In this document: piece after piece, positions 63,378-64,000 of the stretch
How the letters are laid out: every line of letters starts with the position of its first letter
How positions within the stretch are numbered: position 1 is the stretch's first letter
Origin: Octopus vulgaris
Lineage: Eukaryota
Reading direction: 5' to 3'
Assembly: GCA_951406725.2 (NCBI GenBank)
Contig: OX597823.1
Coordinates: 21,886,001-21,950,000 of the forward strand
DNA length: 64,000 nt
Made by a program: the position numbers and the translations under genes
Notes under the pieces: model-generated
The model's database searches: none
The model's input: only the letters and a program-made list of their open reading frames with translations
What the model was told of the DNA's origin: nothing

Positions 63378-63860
63378 TGTTTTCTTTATTGGTCATAAGG
63401 GCCTAACACAAAATAAAACAGGACAATACAACACAAGGGACAAGTGGGGATTAGAACAAAACTTTGTGTATAAAACTGAGACAAGAATAATTAGCAATAA
63501 AGTTCCCCAAAAGAAGGGGTGTCTCACCCAGGGACAACCATGGTACCCTACACATCCTGGCTACCTCAACTGCAGGTGCCTCTCTCTTTCTCAGCTCCTC
63601 CTCCAGGGTAGGCCCATTCACACAGGCCATCCTGGCCACATTCACTGATCTTTCAATAAAAATACTTGGGAGCAGTACTTCTCTCTCCACTCTCACTTTC
63701 TTTTTCAAGTGGAATTTGAAAAAGTCAACGAGGGCTTGGCCAAAGCAGAAAGTAATTGTCTTCAGTTCTTTCAACCTCATCCACCACATTACTTCTTTCA
63801 CCTTAGCCACAGAGAAAAACTGCCTTCTACTCTGGGCCCAAAGAGGGTAGTGGGTCGATC
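63378..63860 (-). mobile_element. Tx1/L1-clade LINE 3' fragment
   Basis: VAKVKEVMWWMR...GQALVDFFKFHLKKKVRVEREVL...FIER resembles the Tx1 ORF2 C-terminus; 3' UTR ends AATAAAGAAA. Confidence 0.65.
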
Positions 63861-64000
63861 TTTGTAATAGACTTGGTTGTTAACTAGATCTGTCTTGGTT
63901 GTTAACTAGATCAGTTGTCAAGCAATGCTAGGGGGACAAACACAGACACACAAACACACATACATATATATATATACATATATACGATAGGTTTCTTTCA

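Overview
AT-rich, microsatellite-dense eukaryotic DNA, most likely an octopus (coleoid cephalopod) genome. This is inferred from the repeat families and an 18S rRNA fragment with an expanded V9, not from a database match. Almost all listed ORFs are microsatellite or SINE artefacts. Supported genes: two coding exons of a divergent Rab5-family GTPase on + (57955-58114, 61093-61244, continuing beyond the window), a CpG-rich promoter-like island at about 23.4-24.5 kb, and a tentative small spliced gene on -. The rest is a mix of mobile elements: a young 5'-truncated RTE LINE with an open RT ORF carrying an in-frame PHD-type finger and a hairpin array in its 3' UTR, many RTE tails, at least four tRNA-derived SINE families (labelled A, B, D, F here), Helitron, Helentron-like, piggyBac, hAT and Tc1/mariner elements, and CR1-like, Tx1/L1 and R4/Dong LINE relics. 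The most notable signal is a set of minimal type-I hammerhead ribozyme folds in about five unrelated short repeats. One is a tRNA-headed SINE (family D) whose 3' half carries a Penelope-type hammerhead. Other highlights are an 18S-rRNA/SINE chimeric retro-insertion with a shared target-site duplication (TSD), a SINE tail matching the local Tx1-like LINE 3' end, and a roughly 0.6-kb-arm inverted duplication. Coordinates were read by eye; edges of decayed repeats are approximate.
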